64,000 nt of DNA, taken from NCBI RefSeq assembly GCF_025465255.1, contig NZ_JAODNI010000113.1, positions 15 through 64,014 on the forward strand, in the 5' to 3' direction. This stretch comes from Pseudonocardia sp. (lineage in GTDB: Bacteria > Actinomycetota > Actinomycetes > Mycobacteriales > Pseudonocardiaceae). Positions within the stretch are counted from its first letter, which is position 1, and each line of letters begins with the position of its first letter. The notes under the pieces are model-generated. The model worked only from the letters and a program-made list of their open reading frames with translations. It did no database searches and was not told the DNA's origin. The position numbers and the translations under genes were made by a program. This document shows positions 63,808 to 64,000 of this stretch, piece after piece.

Positions 63808-64000
63808 TCAGCAGGTGACGGAACTGCCGCTCGGCGCGCTCTTCTCGAAGGACACGTGGACGTGGTCGAAATGGTTCGCGGTCACGCCCCCGCGGTCCTC
63901 CATCGCCTCCCAGCCACTGCCGAAGTTGATCTGCTGTTCCCAGATCACGTAGGAGATGCCGAGCGCCTCGCGGTTCTGCACGGCGCAGGCGGCGAGGGAG
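63808..64000 (-). CDS. paralog of the 61577..62431 LAS-like protein, 5'-truncated by window edge
   Basis: It is not in the ORF track. My hand translation gives ...SLAACAVQNREALGISYVIWEQQINFGSGWEAMEDRGGVTANHFDHVHVSFEKSAPSGSSVTC* with the stop at 63808-63810. In my hand alignment, 36 of 52 positions are identical to the C-terminus of the 61577..62431 product. Confidence 0.7.
   Translation of the reverse strand, partial: SLAACAVQNREALGISYVIWEQQINFGSGWEAMEDRGGVTANHFDHVHVSFEKSAPSGSSVTC

Overview
The window is a visibly very GC-rich actinobacterial chromosomal segment (GC not computed; gene content looks Pseudonocardiales/Mycobacteriales-like). It is almost entirely protein-coding on both strands. 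I found no rRNA, tRNA, CRISPR array, transposase or integrase by eye.

Layout:
- **1-8.1 kb:** a conserved redox and signalling neighbourhood syntenic, from memory, with M. tuberculosis Rv3223c-Rv3214. It holds sigH-rshA, a 24-aa bL37-like gene, pdtaS, whiB1, a DAG-kinase-like gene, a membrane protein, a GNAT and a histidine phosphatase.
- **8-21 kb:** housekeeping and accessory genes. These are a CMD-like protein, LysE, an APC permease, a DinB-like protein, Ni-SOD sodN with its protease sodX, malic enzyme, a PAS-GGDEF-EAL protein, an OpuC-type ABC transporter and a MOSC protein.
- **21.5-23.4 kb:** a decayed copper-type locus. It has PadR, a frameshifted membrane gene, a 61-aa multicopper-oxidase remnant and a His-rich membrane protein.
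- **23.5-27.2 kb:** the most unusual element. It is a tightly coupled four-gene cassette with two WXG100-sized helical proteins lacking WXG, a TM-less triple-module FtsK/EccC-like ATPase and a coiled-coil protein. No type VII membrane core is nearby.
- **27.3-43.9 kb:** kgd with a coupled 57-aa ORF, an LLM oxidoreductase, an acyl-CoA ligase, an ABC-2 exporter, an aldo-keto reductase, a fused (TMD-NBD)x2 ABC exporter and glmS.
- **43.9-57.2 kb:** a nitrilase-less subset of the Nit1C-type cluster (GNAT, radical SAM, GT4 glycosyltransferase, AIR-synthase-like). It appears split by a microcompartment-less B12 diol/glycerol dehydratase operon with reactivase and regulators, in gamma-alpha-beta gene order.
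- **57.3-64 kb:** pfkA, a CaCA antiporter, a ClpP paralog with a broken catalytic triad, and two paralogous LAS/M15-like secreted proteins flanking a propeller-like protein.

Limits: start codons are best guesses from frame, RBS and homology recalled from memory. No database search was possible.
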